64,000 bases of DNA from Verrucomicrobiota bacterium (GCA_046725285.1 JBKOYG010000047.1:1024-65023), one strand, 5' to 3'. Positions 10,595-20,678 are shown, counted from the stretch's first letter. A program made the numbers and translations. Notes: generated by a model not told the origin, from the sequence alone.

Positions 10595-11260
10595 CTACTT
10601 CTTAATCTCCAGATAGGTTCGCGAGAGCACGTGATTAGTACCGGGCTGAAGTTCTTCGATGCGCATTTGTTTTAAAAACCAGCGGCCTTCGATTTTCTGC
10701 GCGGAGACCACTTCGAAGCGCTTGGCCAGCTTAGCGTTCCAATCGTAGCCCTCCATTCGCATCAGCGCGCCGCTAGCCTTATCAACCCACAGCAGCACGT
10801 TGGAGTATTGCGATTCGCGCGAGGGCGCGCGCAGTTGCAATTTCCAGCAGTTGCGAGTGCGAACATTTTCCTCACCCAAGACGCGGGCGCTCGGCCAGTA
10901 GAGAAATTTGAACGCCAGGTCCTCGTAGCTCACACCGGTGCCACGAATTTTTTGGTTAAGCTTTGATGCCGCAACCTTTTCGGTTTCACCGCCGGTCACA
11001 AGATCAAGGCGCGAGCTGTTTTCTCCGAGACGCAACTGCAAAATCTCATCGGGATTTTCGAATGAATAGCGAATCAGCGGACCGTTTTGGACCAGGTGAA
11101 ACGGAAGCACCACGTCATTTTGACGAAGTTGTCCCTGAAGATCGATTTGCTGTCGCGACTCAATCATGCGTACCGAGTTGAGAATATCTTTGGCTGACGG
11201 TGGCAGGTCGGCGAAGATCGGCAGTGAAAACAGCAAGAAGAACGCGGCAATTTTTCGCAT
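10595..11260 (-). CDS. LolA-like outer-membrane lipoprotein-sorting family protein (secreted)
   Basis: Signal peptide MRKIAAFFLLFSLPIFA. The overall pattern (YEDLAFKFLYWP, CWKLQL, RWFLKQMRI) resembles the LolA_like / DUF4367 fold family. Confidence 0.55.
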   Translation of the reverse strand: MRKIAAFFLLFSLPIFADLPPSAKDILNSVRMIESRQQIDLQGQLRQNDVVLPFHLVQNGPLIRYSFENPDEILQLRLGENSSRLDLVTGGETEKVAASKLNQKIRGTGVSYEDLAFKFLYWPSARVLGEENVRTRNCWKLQLRAPSRESQYSNVLLWVDKASGALMRMEGYDWNAKLAKRFEVVSAQKIEGRWFLKQMRIEELQPGTNHVLSRTYLEIKK

Positions 11261-11331
11261 AACTGAGTTTTAAGTTTTAAGTGTTAAGCTTTAAGAACGT
11301 TCCCGAACATCTAATACTTAACCCTTAACAT

Positions 11332-12018
11332 TTGGATCAAACCCTCCTTCACCTTATCAATCAACAATGGACGAGTCCGGCATTCGACCTGTTCATGGCG
11401 GCGCTGAGCGATAGCGCGATTTGGGAACCGTTGTTTATCGCTATTGGAGTGAGCGCGCTCTTTCTTGGCGGATTCAGGGCGCGTGCGTTCGTCGTATGTC
11501 TGGTCTTGTCTCTGCTGATCACGAGTCAGGTCACAGGTTTCTTAAAATCGGCAGTGGATCGCCATCGGCCAAAACACGTGGAAAAGGTGCGGATGGTAAA
11601 GCTGCAAAGGACGCGTCCGGCCTTCCTGACTCTGTTTAGGAAGCCGACTATTCGGTTTTCCGATTCGTCCGATCGCAACCGGTCGGGACCAGCGTTTCCA
11701 TCCGGACACGTAACCACCAACAGTGTGATTGCTGTTTTCTGCATGCTGTTTTATCGACGCCGCGGTTGGCTTTACTGGTTCGTCGCCTTGGCCGTTGGTT
11801 ACTCCCGGATTTATCTGGGTGCACACTGGCCCAGTGACGTGATCGCGACGTTCTTTCTGGCAGGTGGTGAAGCACTGCTCCTGCTCGGCTTGTTCGAATT
11901 GATTTGGAGGAGCGCAGGCCGGAAATGGGCGCCGCAGCTTTTTGCGCGGTATCCAAGTTTGATCGCTGATCCCAACGTTCGGACGCGATCGCCAGGCCCG
12001 CCGCAGGACCCTATATGA
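11332..12018 (+). CDS. PAP2-family lipid phosphatase
   Basis: All three PAP2 motifs are present: KSAVDRHRP, PSGH, SRIYLGAHWPSDV. TTG start. 4-nt overlap with the next gene. Confidence 0.8.
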   Translation: MDQTLLHLINQQWTSPAFDLFMAALSDSAIWEPLFIAIGVSALFLGGFRARAFVVCLVLSLLITSQVTGFLKSAVDRHRPKHVEKVRMVKLQRTRPAFLTLFRKPTIRFSDSSDRNRSGPAFPSGHVTTNSVIAVFCMLFYRRRGWLYWFVALAVGYSRIYLGAHWPSDVIATFFLAGGEALLLLGLFELIWRSAGRKWAPQLFARYPSLIADPNVRTRSPGPPQDPI

Positions 12019-13592
12019 GCACAACCCGCGCGGTCTGGCTCTTCGTTATCGTCCTGACAGCAATTCGATTGTCGATGTTGACAACAACCGATCTCGAATT
12101 TGACGAGGCGCATTACTGGATGTGGTCGGAGCGGCTTGCCCCAGCCTATTTCAGCAAAGGACCGGTCATCGCGTTTGCCATTCGCGCAAGTACTGCGGTT
12201 TTTGGACCGAATGAATTCGGAGTGCGCTTTTTCAGTCCCTTGCTCGCGGCTGGAACGAGCCTGCTCCTGTTTTATTTTGCGCGCCGATTGTTCAACGCCA
12301 CGGCTGGTCTGTGGGCCGTCATCGTGTTAAACGTTACGCCCATTTTCAACATCGGCGCGTTCCTGATGACGGTTGATACGTTGTCGATTTTTTTCTGGCT
12401 GGCGGCAATGTTCGCCTTCTGGCTTGCGTTGGAAAAAAGTCCCCAGTTCTCCTGGCATTGGCTGTTGACCGGGCTGCTGATCGGGCTCGGGTTTCTCTCC
12501 AAATACACTAATGCGCTTGAGCTTGTTTCGATTGTGTTGGTGCTGGCCCTGGCGCCCCGGCTCAGGCGCGAATTCAAGCGTCCTGGATTTTATCTATTGC
12601 TTAGCATGTTCGCTGTTTGCACGGTTCCGCCAATCGTGTGGAATGCACAGCACGCATGGGTCACGCTTGCGCATCTGCGATCGCGCGGCGGCATCGAGCA
12701 CGGCTTTGGTTTTCACCCGGTCGAAGTTCTTGCATTTATTGGCGAACATTTTCTGGTTTATTCGCCGCTTCTATTTTTGGTGTTGGCATGGGGCGTTGTT
12801 GGAAGCTGGCGACGGGTGAATCGGCAATTTAAGGTTTTGTTCCTGATGTGGTTTGGGCTGCCCGTATTTCTCTTCTATTTGTTTGTTTCGTTCAACAAGG
12901 CTGCGGCGCCAAATTGGGATGGGCTCGCCTTCCTCAGTTTCGGATTGTTGGCAATTTATTATTGGTGGGAGCGTGTTGAGGCGAGTGCCCTCCTACGGCT
13001 CGGCGCGGCCATCGCGATACTGGTTGGGTTGATTATGAGTGCAGTGGCACTCGATACAGACTTGCTGCGCGTGGTTGGATACAAGCTGCAGCGAAGCGAC
13101 CCAAGCGACCGGATGCGCGGCTGGAAAAGCGCCACGAGCGCGTTGGAAACAATGCGCAACGATCTTGAAACGAAATCGGGGGAGAAACTTTTCCTTATTG
13201 CCGACGCGCGTGATCGTGCATCCGAAATTTCCTTCTACCTTCGCGAGAAAAGAACGGAAGGGCCGGGTCACCCGCCCGTTTATATCCCCGAGTCGCAGGA
13301 CATGGTGAATCAATTCTCGTTTTGGCCGCGCTATGATGAATTTGTTGAGCTAAAGCCCGGCGCGCCGCGGCCAGACAGCGAAGTTTATACTGAAGAGGCC
13401 GGGATCAATTTGTTCGTTGGGCGCAACGCCCTCTTCGTTCGAGACGGCGAAAAGCAACGCGTACCGCACAATATTAAAGCCGGCTTTCAATCGACGGAGC
13501 TGGTCGGCACGATTCAAGTGTGGCGCTACGGCAAGGTGCTGCGAACCTGGCAAGTGTTTCTCTGTCGAAATTACCGCACACTTCCACTATGA
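12015..13592 (+). CDS. ArnT/PMT-like glycosyltransferase (GT39/GT83-type, polytopic membrane protein)
   Basis: N-terminal DEAHYWMWSERLAPAYFSKGP motif, many TM helices, 525 aa. Confidence 0.75.
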   Translation: MSTTRAVWLFVIVLTAIRLSMLTTTDLEFDEAHYWMWSERLAPAYFSKGPVIAFAIRASTAVFGPNEFGVRFFSPLLAAGTSLLLFYFARRLFNATAGLWAVIVLNVTPIFNIGAFLMTVDTLSIFFWLAAMFAFWLALEKSPQFSWHWLLTGLLIGLGFLSKYTNALELVSIVLVLALAPRLRREFKRPGFYLLLSMFAVCTVPPIVWNAQHAWVTLAHLRSRGGIEHGFGFHPVEVLAFIGEHFLVYSPLLFLVLAWGVVGSWRRVNRQFKVLFLMWFGLPVFLFYLFVSFNKAAAPNWDGLAFLSFGLLAIYYWWERVEASALLRLGAAIAILVGLIMSAVALDTDLLRVVGYKLQRSDPSDRMRGWKSATSALETMRNDLETKSGEKLFLIADARDRASEISFYLREKRTEGPGHPPVYIPESQDMVNQFSFWPRYDEFVELKPGAPRPDSEVYTEEAGINLFVGRNALFVRDGEKQRVPHNIKAGFQSTELVGTIQVWRYGKVLRTWQVFLCRNYRTLPL

Positions 13593-14302
13593 ACGAGGTG
13601 AAAAGCTCGCCTGCATTATCTGTGGTCGTGCCGCTTTATAATGAGGAAGAGAACTTGCCGATTCTGCAGGAAGAGTTGCGCGTCACATTAGGCGGAATCG
13701 ATCACGAGATCATTTTTATCGATGACGGGTCGATCGATCGCACGGCGGAGCGGATCGAAACTGCGCCGAATATCCGCGTCATTCGTTTCGAGAAAAATTC
13801 CGGGCAAAGCGCTGCCATTTATGCCGGTGTCACAGCAGCGCGCGGCGCGACATTGGTTGTCATTGACGGTGATTTGCAGAATGATCCCGCCGATATTCCA
13901 AAACTGCTCGCTGAAATTACACACGGCGCCGATCTTGTCTGTGGTTATCGCGTCAAGCGCCGGGACACAGTGGTAAAGCGGTTGACGAGCCGGATTGCGA
14001 ACGCCGTGCGCAGCCGGTACACGAGAGACGGGGTACGCGACACCGGTTGCACCCTTAAAGCGATGCGGCGCGAGTGCGTGACCGCGCTGTTTCCATTCAA
14101 AGGCATGCACCGTTTCATTCCTGCGCTGGTCAAAGCCGCCGGCTATCGGCTCGTTGAAGTCCCAGTGAACCATCGTCCGCGTCGCTTCGGCCGAAGCAAA
14201 TACGGCCTCGGAAACCGCGCCCTGCGCGCGACCATAGACATGTTCGGTGTGCGCTGGCTGCTTTCGCGGCGACTGACTTACAAAATTCGCGAGAAGGTAT
14301 GA
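13589..14302 (+). CDS. GT2 polyprenyl-phosphate glycosyltransferase (ArnC/DPM1-like)
   Basis: LSVVVPLYNEEENLP, IDDGSIDRT, VIDGDLQNDP. ATGA overlap with the upstream ArnT-like gene. The track ORF starts earlier (13520) in the same frame. Confidence 0.8.
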   Translation: MNEVKSSPALSVVVPLYNEEENLPILQEELRVTLGGIDHEIIFIDDGSIDRTAERIETAPNIRVIRFEKNSGQSAAIYAGVTAARGATLVVIDGDLQNDPADIPKLLAEITHGADLVCGYRVKRRDTVVKRLTSRIANAVRSRYTRDGVRDTGCTLKAMRRECVTALFPFKGMHRFIPALVKAAGYRLVEVPVNHRPRRFGRSKYGLGNRALRATIDMFGVRWLLSRRLTYKIREKV

Positions 14303-14398
14303 CAGATGCGATCGATGCGACGCATGGCAGCGTGTTCAAATCGCGCTTGTCAACTTAGGCGCTCCCGCTAAGCTTGCCCTCCCGTACCGGGAATTCGC

Positions 14399-14857
14399 AT
14401 GTCGCTGGCCAATTTACTTTCTGACGAGCAAATCATCCCCGAGATGAAAGCAACCGAGCGCTGGGCCGCAATCGTTGAGCTGATCGATCTGCTGGTAGGT
14501 CTGGGTAAAATCAAAACGGAAGACCGCGACCCCATCCTCGCTTCACTGAAACAGCGCGAGGAAACAATGAGCACAGGCATCGGATTCGGAATCGCCATTC
14601 CACATTGCTCTTCCGACCGGCTCGAGGAAGTGGTGGCCGCGTTCGGAAGATCGACGACCGGCATCGAATTCGATGCGCTCGACAATGCGCCGGTCAAGTT
14701 CGTCGTGCTTTTTATCGTCCCGAAAAATCAATTTCAAACGCACCTGCGCACGTTGGCCTCGATCGCAAAATTTCTAAACGATCGTTCTGTGCGCGAGAGC
14801 CTGGCCAGCGCAAAATCGGCCGACGAAATTTTGTCGATCTTTCGCGACCGTTCGTAG
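14399..14857 (+). CDS. ptsN: PTS EIIA-Ntr-type nitrogen regulatory protein
   Basis: EIIA type-2 signature GIGFGIAIPHC with the active-site His. 152 aa. Confidence 0.75.
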   Translation: MSLANLLSDEQIIPEMKATERWAAIVELIDLLVGLGKIKTEDRDPILASLKQREETMSTGIGFGIAIPHCSSDRLEEVVAAFGRSTTGIEFDALDNAPVKFVVLFIVPKNQFQTHLRTLASIAKFLNDRSVRESLASAKSADEILSIFRDRS

Positions 14858-14956
14858 CTTGTAGTCGTTGACCTCCGGGCGACGCGGCGTGCAGATGCAA
14901 AAGCCCTCAGCGACGCGCCTCGCAGAGTGAGGCAGCTACAAATTGACCTCTTACCG

Positions 14957-16663
14957 ATGGAAACTTTTCAATCACTTCTCGCAAAGAAGCTTTCCGATGC
15001 CTTGGCCGCCGTCGGCTTGCCGGGCGCAGGCGAATTAACGCCAGCAACCGATCCGCGCTTCGGCGATTACCAGACGAATGCTGCTCTGGTGCTCGGAAAG
15101 CAGCGAGGCGAAAATCCGCGAGAAGTTGCGGAGAAAATCGTCAGGCACCTTCACGTGGGCGATCTTTGCGAACCGCCAGTGACCGCGGGCCCCGGTTTCA
15201 TCAATTTTACATTGCGTCCTCGCGTAGTAGCCGAAAAAACCGCCAGCATCCTAGGTGACGAAAGACTCGGCGTCGCGGAGACAGAATCGCCTCGGCGCAT
15301 CGTGATTGATTTCGGCTCGCCCAACGTGGCCAAGCCGATGCATGTCGGCCACATCCGCAGCACTGTCCTGGGTGATGCGTTGGCACGCGTCGCAATCTTT
15401 CTCGGGCACGAAGTGATCCGCGACAATCACATTGGCGACTGGGGGACTCAATTTGGCATGGTGATTTACGGGTGGAAAAATCTGCTGGATCAACGCGCGC
15501 TTCAGCAAAATCCGCTGGCAGAGATCGTCCGCATTTACAAGGAGACGAACGCGTTGGCAGCCATCGATCCGCAGGTTCGAGAAGCCTGTCGCCAGGAGCT
15601 GGTAAAACTACAAGCCGGCGACAAGGAAAACATCGACATCTGGAACGAATGCGTTGCGTTCTCCATGCAGGATTTCGAGCACGTATACGAATTGCTCGAT
15701 ATTCATTACGACATCCAGTGCGGCGAAAGTTTTTACAACGACCGGCTACCGGGCGTAGTCGAACGTTTGCTAAAATCCGGGATTGCTGAAATCAGCGAGG
15801 GCGCGGTTGTCGTCTTCTTTCGTGATATTCCGGAGCTGGCCGACAAGCCATGCATCATCCGTAAACGCGACGGCGGATTTAATTACGCCACCACCGATAT
15901 CGCCACGATCGATTATCGCCTCGACGATTTGAAAGCGGATGCTGTTTGGTACGTGGTGGGCGCCCCGCAGACCTTGCATTTCAAACAAATTTTCGAGATC
16001 GCACGGCGACAGGGATATAAAGCCGATCTTCGGCACATCACGTTTGGCAGTATTCTCGGGGAAGATCGCAAACTGATGAAAACCCGGTCGGGCGAAAACG
16101 TGCCGTTGCGCGAGCTACTCGAGGAAGCATGCAGGCGCGCACGCAAAATTATCGAAGAAAAAAATCCGGACCTGAGCGAGGCAGAGAAGATCGACGTCGC
16201 ACAGAAGATCGGGATTGGTGCAGTGAAATATGCCGATCTATCACAGTATCGGATGACTGATTACGTTTTTTCATGGGATAAGATGTTATCGTTGCAGGGA
16301 AATACTGCGCCTTATTTACAAAACGCATATGTGCGAATTCGCTCCATTTTTCGTAGAGCCGGCGAATCTGCGCCGAATATCGACAACTTGGTTCTCGGCA
16401 GTTCCCCTGAAATCAATCTCGCAAAACGCCTGTGTCAGCTCGCAGAAATCGTTCCCCAAGTATTGAACGACTTCCGTCCAAATATTCTGGCAAATTATCT
16501 GTTCGAAGTGGCGAATAGCTTCCACACATTTTACGAGGCTTGTCCGGTCTTGAAATCGGAGGAACCGGCGCGCAGTTCGCGACTGGCTTTGTGCGATCTT
16601 ACCGGGCAAGTGCTGTATCGCGGCCTCGACTTGTTAGGCATCAAGGTGCCGGAGAAAATGTAG
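14957..16663 (+). CDS. argS: Arginine--tRNA ligase
   Basis: PNVAKPMHVGHIRS (HIGH-type motif), DHIGDWGTQFGM, C-terminal anticodon-binding region. Start taken at METFQSLL. Confidence 0.9.
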   Translation: METFQSLLAKKLSDALAAVGLPGAGELTPATDPRFGDYQTNAALVLGKQRGENPREVAEKIVRHLHVGDLCEPPVTAGPGFINFTLRPRVVAEKTASILGDERLGVAETESPRRIVIDFGSPNVAKPMHVGHIRSTVLGDALARVAIFLGHEVIRDNHIGDWGTQFGMVIYGWKNLLDQRALQQNPLAEIVRIYKETNALAAIDPQVREACRQELVKLQAGDKENIDIWNECVAFSMQDFEHVYELLDIHYDIQCGESFYNDRLPGVVERLLKSGIAEISEGAVVVFFRDIPELADKPCIIRKRDGGFNYATTDIATIDYRLDDLKADAVWYVVGAPQTLHFKQIFEIARRQGYKADLRHITFGSILGEDRKLMKTRSGENVPLRELLEEACRRARKIIEEKNPDLSEAEKIDVAQKIGIGAVKYADLSQYRMTDYVFSWDKMLSLQGNTAPYLQNAYVRIRSIFRRAGESAPNIDNLVLGSSPEINLAKRLCQLAEIVPQVLNDFRPNILANYLFEVANSFHTFYEACPVLKSEEPARSSRLALCDLTGQVLYRGLDLLGIKVPEKM

Positions 16664-16671
16664 CGGCGTTT

Positions 16672-16770
16672 TGTCATTCCACGCGAAGTCGAAGAATCTC
16701 TCGAATCTCTGTTTGACCAAGCTATCGAAGGAGAAGATTGAGAGATGTTTCGACTTCGCTCGACATGACA
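16672..16770. repeat. MITE/REP-like long hairpin (TGTCATTCCACGCGAAGTCGAAGAATCTCTC ... GAGAGATGTTTCGACTTCGCTCGACATGACA)
   Basis: Two about 31-nt arms in inverted orientation. The right arm contains the probable treY start codon. A half copy lies at 43663-43691. Confidence 0.65.
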
Positions 16771-19605
16771 AGGATTCCAACCTGCACCTACCGATTGCAA
16801 TTCAATCGCTGGTTCACTTTTTCGCTAGCACGCGACATCGTCCCATACCTCGATGCGCTGGGAGTAAGCGACGTGTATGCATCGCCATATTTCCAGGCGA
16901 GCCCGGACAGTCTGCACGGCTATGACATCACCGACCACAGCAGGCTCAACGCAGCGATCGGCTCGCGCGAGGATTATGAGGCGTGGGTCGGGGAGCTCCA
17001 TGCACATGCGATGGGCCAGGTACTCGACTTTGTGCCCAACCACGTGGGGATCGCGGAACCGCTCAACGAGTGGTGGATGGACGTGCTCGAAAACGGGCCC
17101 AGCTCCAGGTATGCGCCTTTTTTTGATATCGACTGGCAGCCGCTGAAATCGGATCTCCACGACAAGGTTCTACTTCCGATCTTGAGCGATCAATACGGAC
17201 GCGCCCTCGAGCGTGGCGGGCTGCAGGTGCGCTTTGAAGAAGGAACGTTTTATCTGGTCTACGGCGAGCGGAGGCTGCCGATCGCTCCCGGGACGTACCG
17301 TTACGTTCTCGAAATCGCGTTGCGAAATCTCTCTGAACACAAGGAAGAGGACTTCTATGCGGAACTGCAAAGTATTCTGACGGCGCTCGAATATTTGCCA
17401 AAACGCACTGAGACCGATCCAAAACGCATTACGGAACGCATCCGTGAAAAGGAAATCATCAAACGGCGCCTCGAACGTCGCTGCGCAGAAGCGCCGCAAG
17501 TCCAACAGGCTATTGAAAAGGCGCTGGTTCAAATCAACGGGGAGCCCGGCGACCCGCGCAGCTTTGATGTGCTGGATGCACTGCTCAACGCGCAGTCTTA
17601 TCGGCTGGCGTTTTGGCGCGTCGCCGCAGAGGAAATTAATTACCGCCGCTTCTTTGATGTAAACGACCTGGCCGCAATTCGGGTCGAACTCCCCAAGGTC
17701 TTTGACGCCATTCACAAGTTTACTCTGGAGTTGGTGAGCAGTGGTGCAGTGACAGGTCTCCGGATCGATCATCCCGACGGTCTTTATCTGCCGCGCGAGT
17801 ATTTTGAAAAGCTCCAGCAGCGTTGCGCCAAAGCGCTCGCGATCCCTTTGCCGAAGGACGGCCGCGCCATTTACCTGTTGGCGGAAAAAATTCTCACTGG
17901 CGCCGAAACGCTGCATAAGGATTGGCACGTGCACGGAACCACGGGCTACGATTTTGCGAACCAAGTGGCGCAGTTGCTGGTCGATTCGTCGGCCGAAACG
18001 GTCATCACAAAAACGTTCCATCGTTTCATTGGTCACTCAGTCCCGTTTGGCCACCTGCTGTATGCAAAAAAACTGCAGGTCATGAAATTGTCACTGGCCA
18101 ACGACGTCGATGTGCTGGGCAACATGCTCGACCGACTTTCCGAGCAAAACCGGTGGTATCGTGATTTCACGCTCGAGGCGCTCTCGCGCACGGTGCGCGA
18201 GACCATCGCTTGTTTTCCGGTCTACCGAACGTACCTGGCGCCGGGGCAGCCGGTGACTGAGGAAGACAAACAAATTGTCGAGCGCGCCATCGCCGCGGCG
18301 AAGCGGCGCAATCCAGCAATGGAAGAATCAATTTTTAATTTTCTCCGCGACGTGTTGCTCTTGCGTTTTCCGCCAAACCTCGACGCCAAGGCCCGCGCCG
18401 AGCACACCCATTTCGTTCTGAAGTTTCAGCAAGCCACAGGACCGATCATGGCCAAGGGGCTCGAAGACACGGTATTTTACATTTACAACCGCCTCTCGGC
18501 CCTGAACGAAGTAGGCGGCGAGCCGCAACAGTTTGGATTGAGCGTTGAGGCATTTCACGAGCGGAATATTGATCGACAGCGCAATTGGCCAGCGACGTTG
18601 CTGCCCACTTCGACACATGACACTAAACGCAGCGAAGATGTGCGCGCTCGAATAGTGGCGATTTCCGAAATCCCAGAGCTTTGGCGGCGCTCGTTGCAAC
18701 GATGGCGCGTTTCTAATCGTCGCTGGAAGCGAACGATCAACGACGTCGAAGCGCCGGACGCCAATGAAGAATATCTGCTCTACCAAACTCTGTTAGGCAC
18801 GTGGCCAATTCAGACCGATGGCGAGCCGGAAACGACAGCAACCCCGGACTACATCGAACGAATTCAAATGTACATGGCCAAGGCCCTTCATGAGGCAAAA
18901 ATCAATACGAGCTGGATTCAGCCAAACGAAGAATGGGACGCAGCAATGCGCGATTTCGTCGCTAAAATTCTGGATTCATCGCCGCGAAATAAGTTTCTGC
19001 CAGTGTTCGTTCCAGTCGCGAAGGAGATTGCGCGACTCGGCGGCGTTAATTCTCTCACGCAAACGTTGCTGAAGCTTACTTCCCCGGGTGTGCCCGACAT
19101 CTACCAGGGAAACGAGATTTGGGATTACAGTCTGGTCGATCCCGACAATCGCCGCCCGGTCGATTACACGCGTCGTCGTGACATGCTGGAATCGCTTGCA
19201 ACAGCCAATCCACAGGACCTTGTGCGCAACTGGGCTGATGGCCGGATTAAGATGCTTCTAACACAGCGCGTCTTGCAATTTCGGCGCGAGCACATTGATC
19301 TTTTTCAGCAGGGAGAATATCTGCCGCTCAAGCTGAGCGGCACATTTATGGAATGCTGCATCAGCTTCGCTCGACGGCTGGCAGACCAATGGGTTGTTGT
19401 AATCACCCCGCGACTTTCTTCTCGCGTTGGTTTTCCCCCGATTGCTGAGAGCTGGAAAGACACGATAGTCGAATTCCCCGAAGCGCTTTCACTGGAGCAC
19501 GCGCACGACCTCTTTACCTGTCGTCCTGTTCCTGTGCAGGATCGACGAGTGAAACTTGCCGACGCATTGTTGATCTTGCCGTTCGCTGTGATCACGAATT
19601 TGTAG
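16765..19605 (+). CDS. treY: Malto-oligosyltrehalose synthase (GH13)
   Basis: N-terminus TYRLQFNRWFTF...LGVSDVYASPYFQA..SLHGYDITDH, plus GLRIDHPDGL and TSTHDTKRSEDVRAR. About 945 aa. Confidence 0.85.
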   Translation: MTRIPTCTYRLQFNRWFTFSLARDIVPYLDALGVSDVYASPYFQASPDSLHGYDITDHSRLNAAIGSREDYEAWVGELHAHAMGQVLDFVPNHVGIAEPLNEWWMDVLENGPSSRYAPFFDIDWQPLKSDLHDKVLLPILSDQYGRALERGGLQVRFEEGTFYLVYGERRLPIAPGTYRYVLEIALRNLSEHKEEDFYAELQSILTALEYLPKRTETDPKRITERIREKEIIKRRLERRCAEAPQVQQAIEKALVQINGEPGDPRSFDVLDALLNAQSYRLAFWRVAAEEINYRRFFDVNDLAAIRVELPKVFDAIHKFTLELVSSGAVTGLRIDHPDGLYLPREYFEKLQQRCAKALAIPLPKDGRAIYLLAEKILTGAETLHKDWHVHGTTGYDFANQVAQLLVDSSAETVITKTFHRFIGHSVPFGHLLYAKKLQVMKLSLANDVDVLGNMLDRLSEQNRWYRDFTLEALSRTVRETIACFPVYRTYLAPGQPVTEEDKQIVERAIAAAKRRNPAMEESIFNFLRDVLLLRFPPNLDAKARAEHTHFVLKFQQATGPIMAKGLEDTVFYIYNRLSALNEVGGEPQQFGLSVEAFHERNIDRQRNWPATLLPTSTHDTKRSEDVRARIVAISEIPELWRRSLQRWRVSNRRWKRTINDVEAPDANEEYLLYQTLLGTWPIQTDGEPETTATPDYIERIQMYMAKALHEAKINTSWIQPNEEWDAAMRDFVAKILDSSPRNKFLPVFVPVAKEIARLGGVNSLTQTLLKLTSPGVPDIYQGNEIWDYSLVDPDNRRPVDYTRRRDMLESLATANPQDLVRNWADGRIKMLLTQRVLQFRREHIDLFQQGEYLPLKLSGTFMECCISFARRLADQWVVVITPRLSSRVGFPPIAESWKDTIVEFPEALSLEHAHDLFTCRPVPVQDRRVKLADALLILPFAVITNL

Positions 19606-19682
19606 CCGCTTCGCTGTGCGAAGCGCGGCGCTGGCGTGAATATCCATCGTGCGAAGCGTCGCCCACAGGGCGACGGCTACAG
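19601..19682. repeat. REP-like element TGTAGCCG...CGGCTACA with two internal hairpins
   Basis: Hairpins CGCTTCG-ctgtg-CGAAGCG and GTCGCC-caca-GGCGAC. The TAG stop of treY (19603-19605) lies in the TGTAG terminus. Confidence 0.65.
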
Positions 19683-19683
19683 T

Positions 19684-20493
19684 TTACGCGCCCAGTTTTC
19701 CGAAAACATCGACCAGCCACCGCGCAAAGTTGCCGAGATTCGTCAGTAGATCTGAGCCGAAACCTGCAAAAGTAATTTGGGGAGACGCAAGAATGAGCAT
19801 CCCGCTTAGCAATAGCAAGTTTATCAAATAGATCACGACGAGCGAGAAGAACGTGCCTTGATCGCTTAGATCAGTCTGATTTTTCGTGATCATCCAACAC
19901 GTGAACGTGAAGTGGAACGCCCAGGTCACGCCGATCACGGCGTAAAGCCATCGGCCGTATGGCTGCATATTCACGAAAAGGCTAAGCGCGCCATAGATGG
20001 CGATTGCCAGAATGCTGTAGAGCGGAAAAAAATATGGCGCCAGCGCGATCCAAAAGTTGGCCTTGTCGGTAACTACATGGCCACCGTCACGGCCAACGCG
20101 AAATCGGCTCACGCGTCCACCCATCAACCAAACCCAGAGCGCGTGGGTCAATTCGTGTCCGAAGACATAAATGAGGATCGGACGCGGAAGACCGAAAAAC
20201 GCGATCAGCCACAGAATTGCGCCCAAGGAAAAAAACCAAAATTCTTCGGCCGCCCAAAAGCGTTGCGTCACGGTCGCGCGCGTGAAAGCGGTAAAAAATG
20301 TCTGACTGAGAATTGCGCAGATCGGCAAAAGGAAAATCGCAACAACGAATTTCACCCAGCGCGTCGGAACGGTGAGCGGATCCGACACTGGAACAAATGT
20401 TCGCGCACGAGCGACGTTGCGGACAACCCTCCGGCCGCGCTTGGAATTGCGCTTTCCGCGATTGTTTCTCGATCTTCTCTTTCTTGCAGCCAA
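19684..20493 (-). CDS. Polytopic membrane zinc metallopeptidase-like protein (M50B/DUF3267-like) with an Arg/Lys-rich N-terminus
   Basis: HExxH motif in FGHELTHALWVWLMGGRV, at least 5 TM helices, N-terminal MAARKRRSRNNRGKRNSKRGRR. Confidence 0.5.
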   Translation of the reverse strand: MAARKRRSRNNRGKRNSKRGRRVVRNVARARTFVPVSDPLTVPTRWVKFVVAIFLLPICAILSQTFFTAFTRATVTQRFWAAEEFWFFSLGAILWLIAFFGLPRPILIYVFGHELTHALWVWLMGGRVSRFRVGRDGGHVVTDKANFWIALAPYFFPLYSILAIAIYGALSLFVNMQPYGRWLYAVIGVTWAFHFTFTCWMITKNQTDLSDQGTFFSLVVIYLINLLLLSGMLILASPQITFAGFGSDLLTNLGNFARWLVDVFGKLGA

Positions 20494-20550
20494 AGTTGCC
20501 GGAGATTACGCAGAGTTAGCTAGCTAAAATCAAGACGGAACCGCGCGCAG

Positions 20551-20678
20551 GAGAAGCTCCAAATCCCAAGCTCCAACGTCCAGAGAAAGCCGAAACTTCA
20601 ATATTCAAGCGTCAAACACCCAATCTTTGGCTTTTTGAAGATTGGAGCTCCTTTGGAGCTTGGATGTTGGAGTTGGGG
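20551..20678. repeat. Stuttered imperfect inverted repeat (AAGCTCCAAATCCCAAGCTCCAAC ... TTGGAGCTCCTTTGGAGCTTGGATGTTGGAG)
   Basis: Lies just downstream of the EF-P-like gene stop (minus strand). Arms share the CCAAGCTCCAA / TTGGAGCTTGG core. Confidence 0.5.

Noticed and set aside
17170-18036. 288-aa minus-strand ORF inside treY. Similar long antisense or overlapping ORFs occur at 2434-3360, 4134-4862, 8001-8540, 9309-9947, 13688-14173, 38949-39512, 41551-42081, 42754-43308, 53883-54515, 54842-55675 and 58922-59668.
   Set aside because: Each lies opposite or out of frame within a gene that has clear family motifs, and their products are Arg/Ser/Pro-rich with no motifs. These are typical shadow ORFs of GC-rich DNA.
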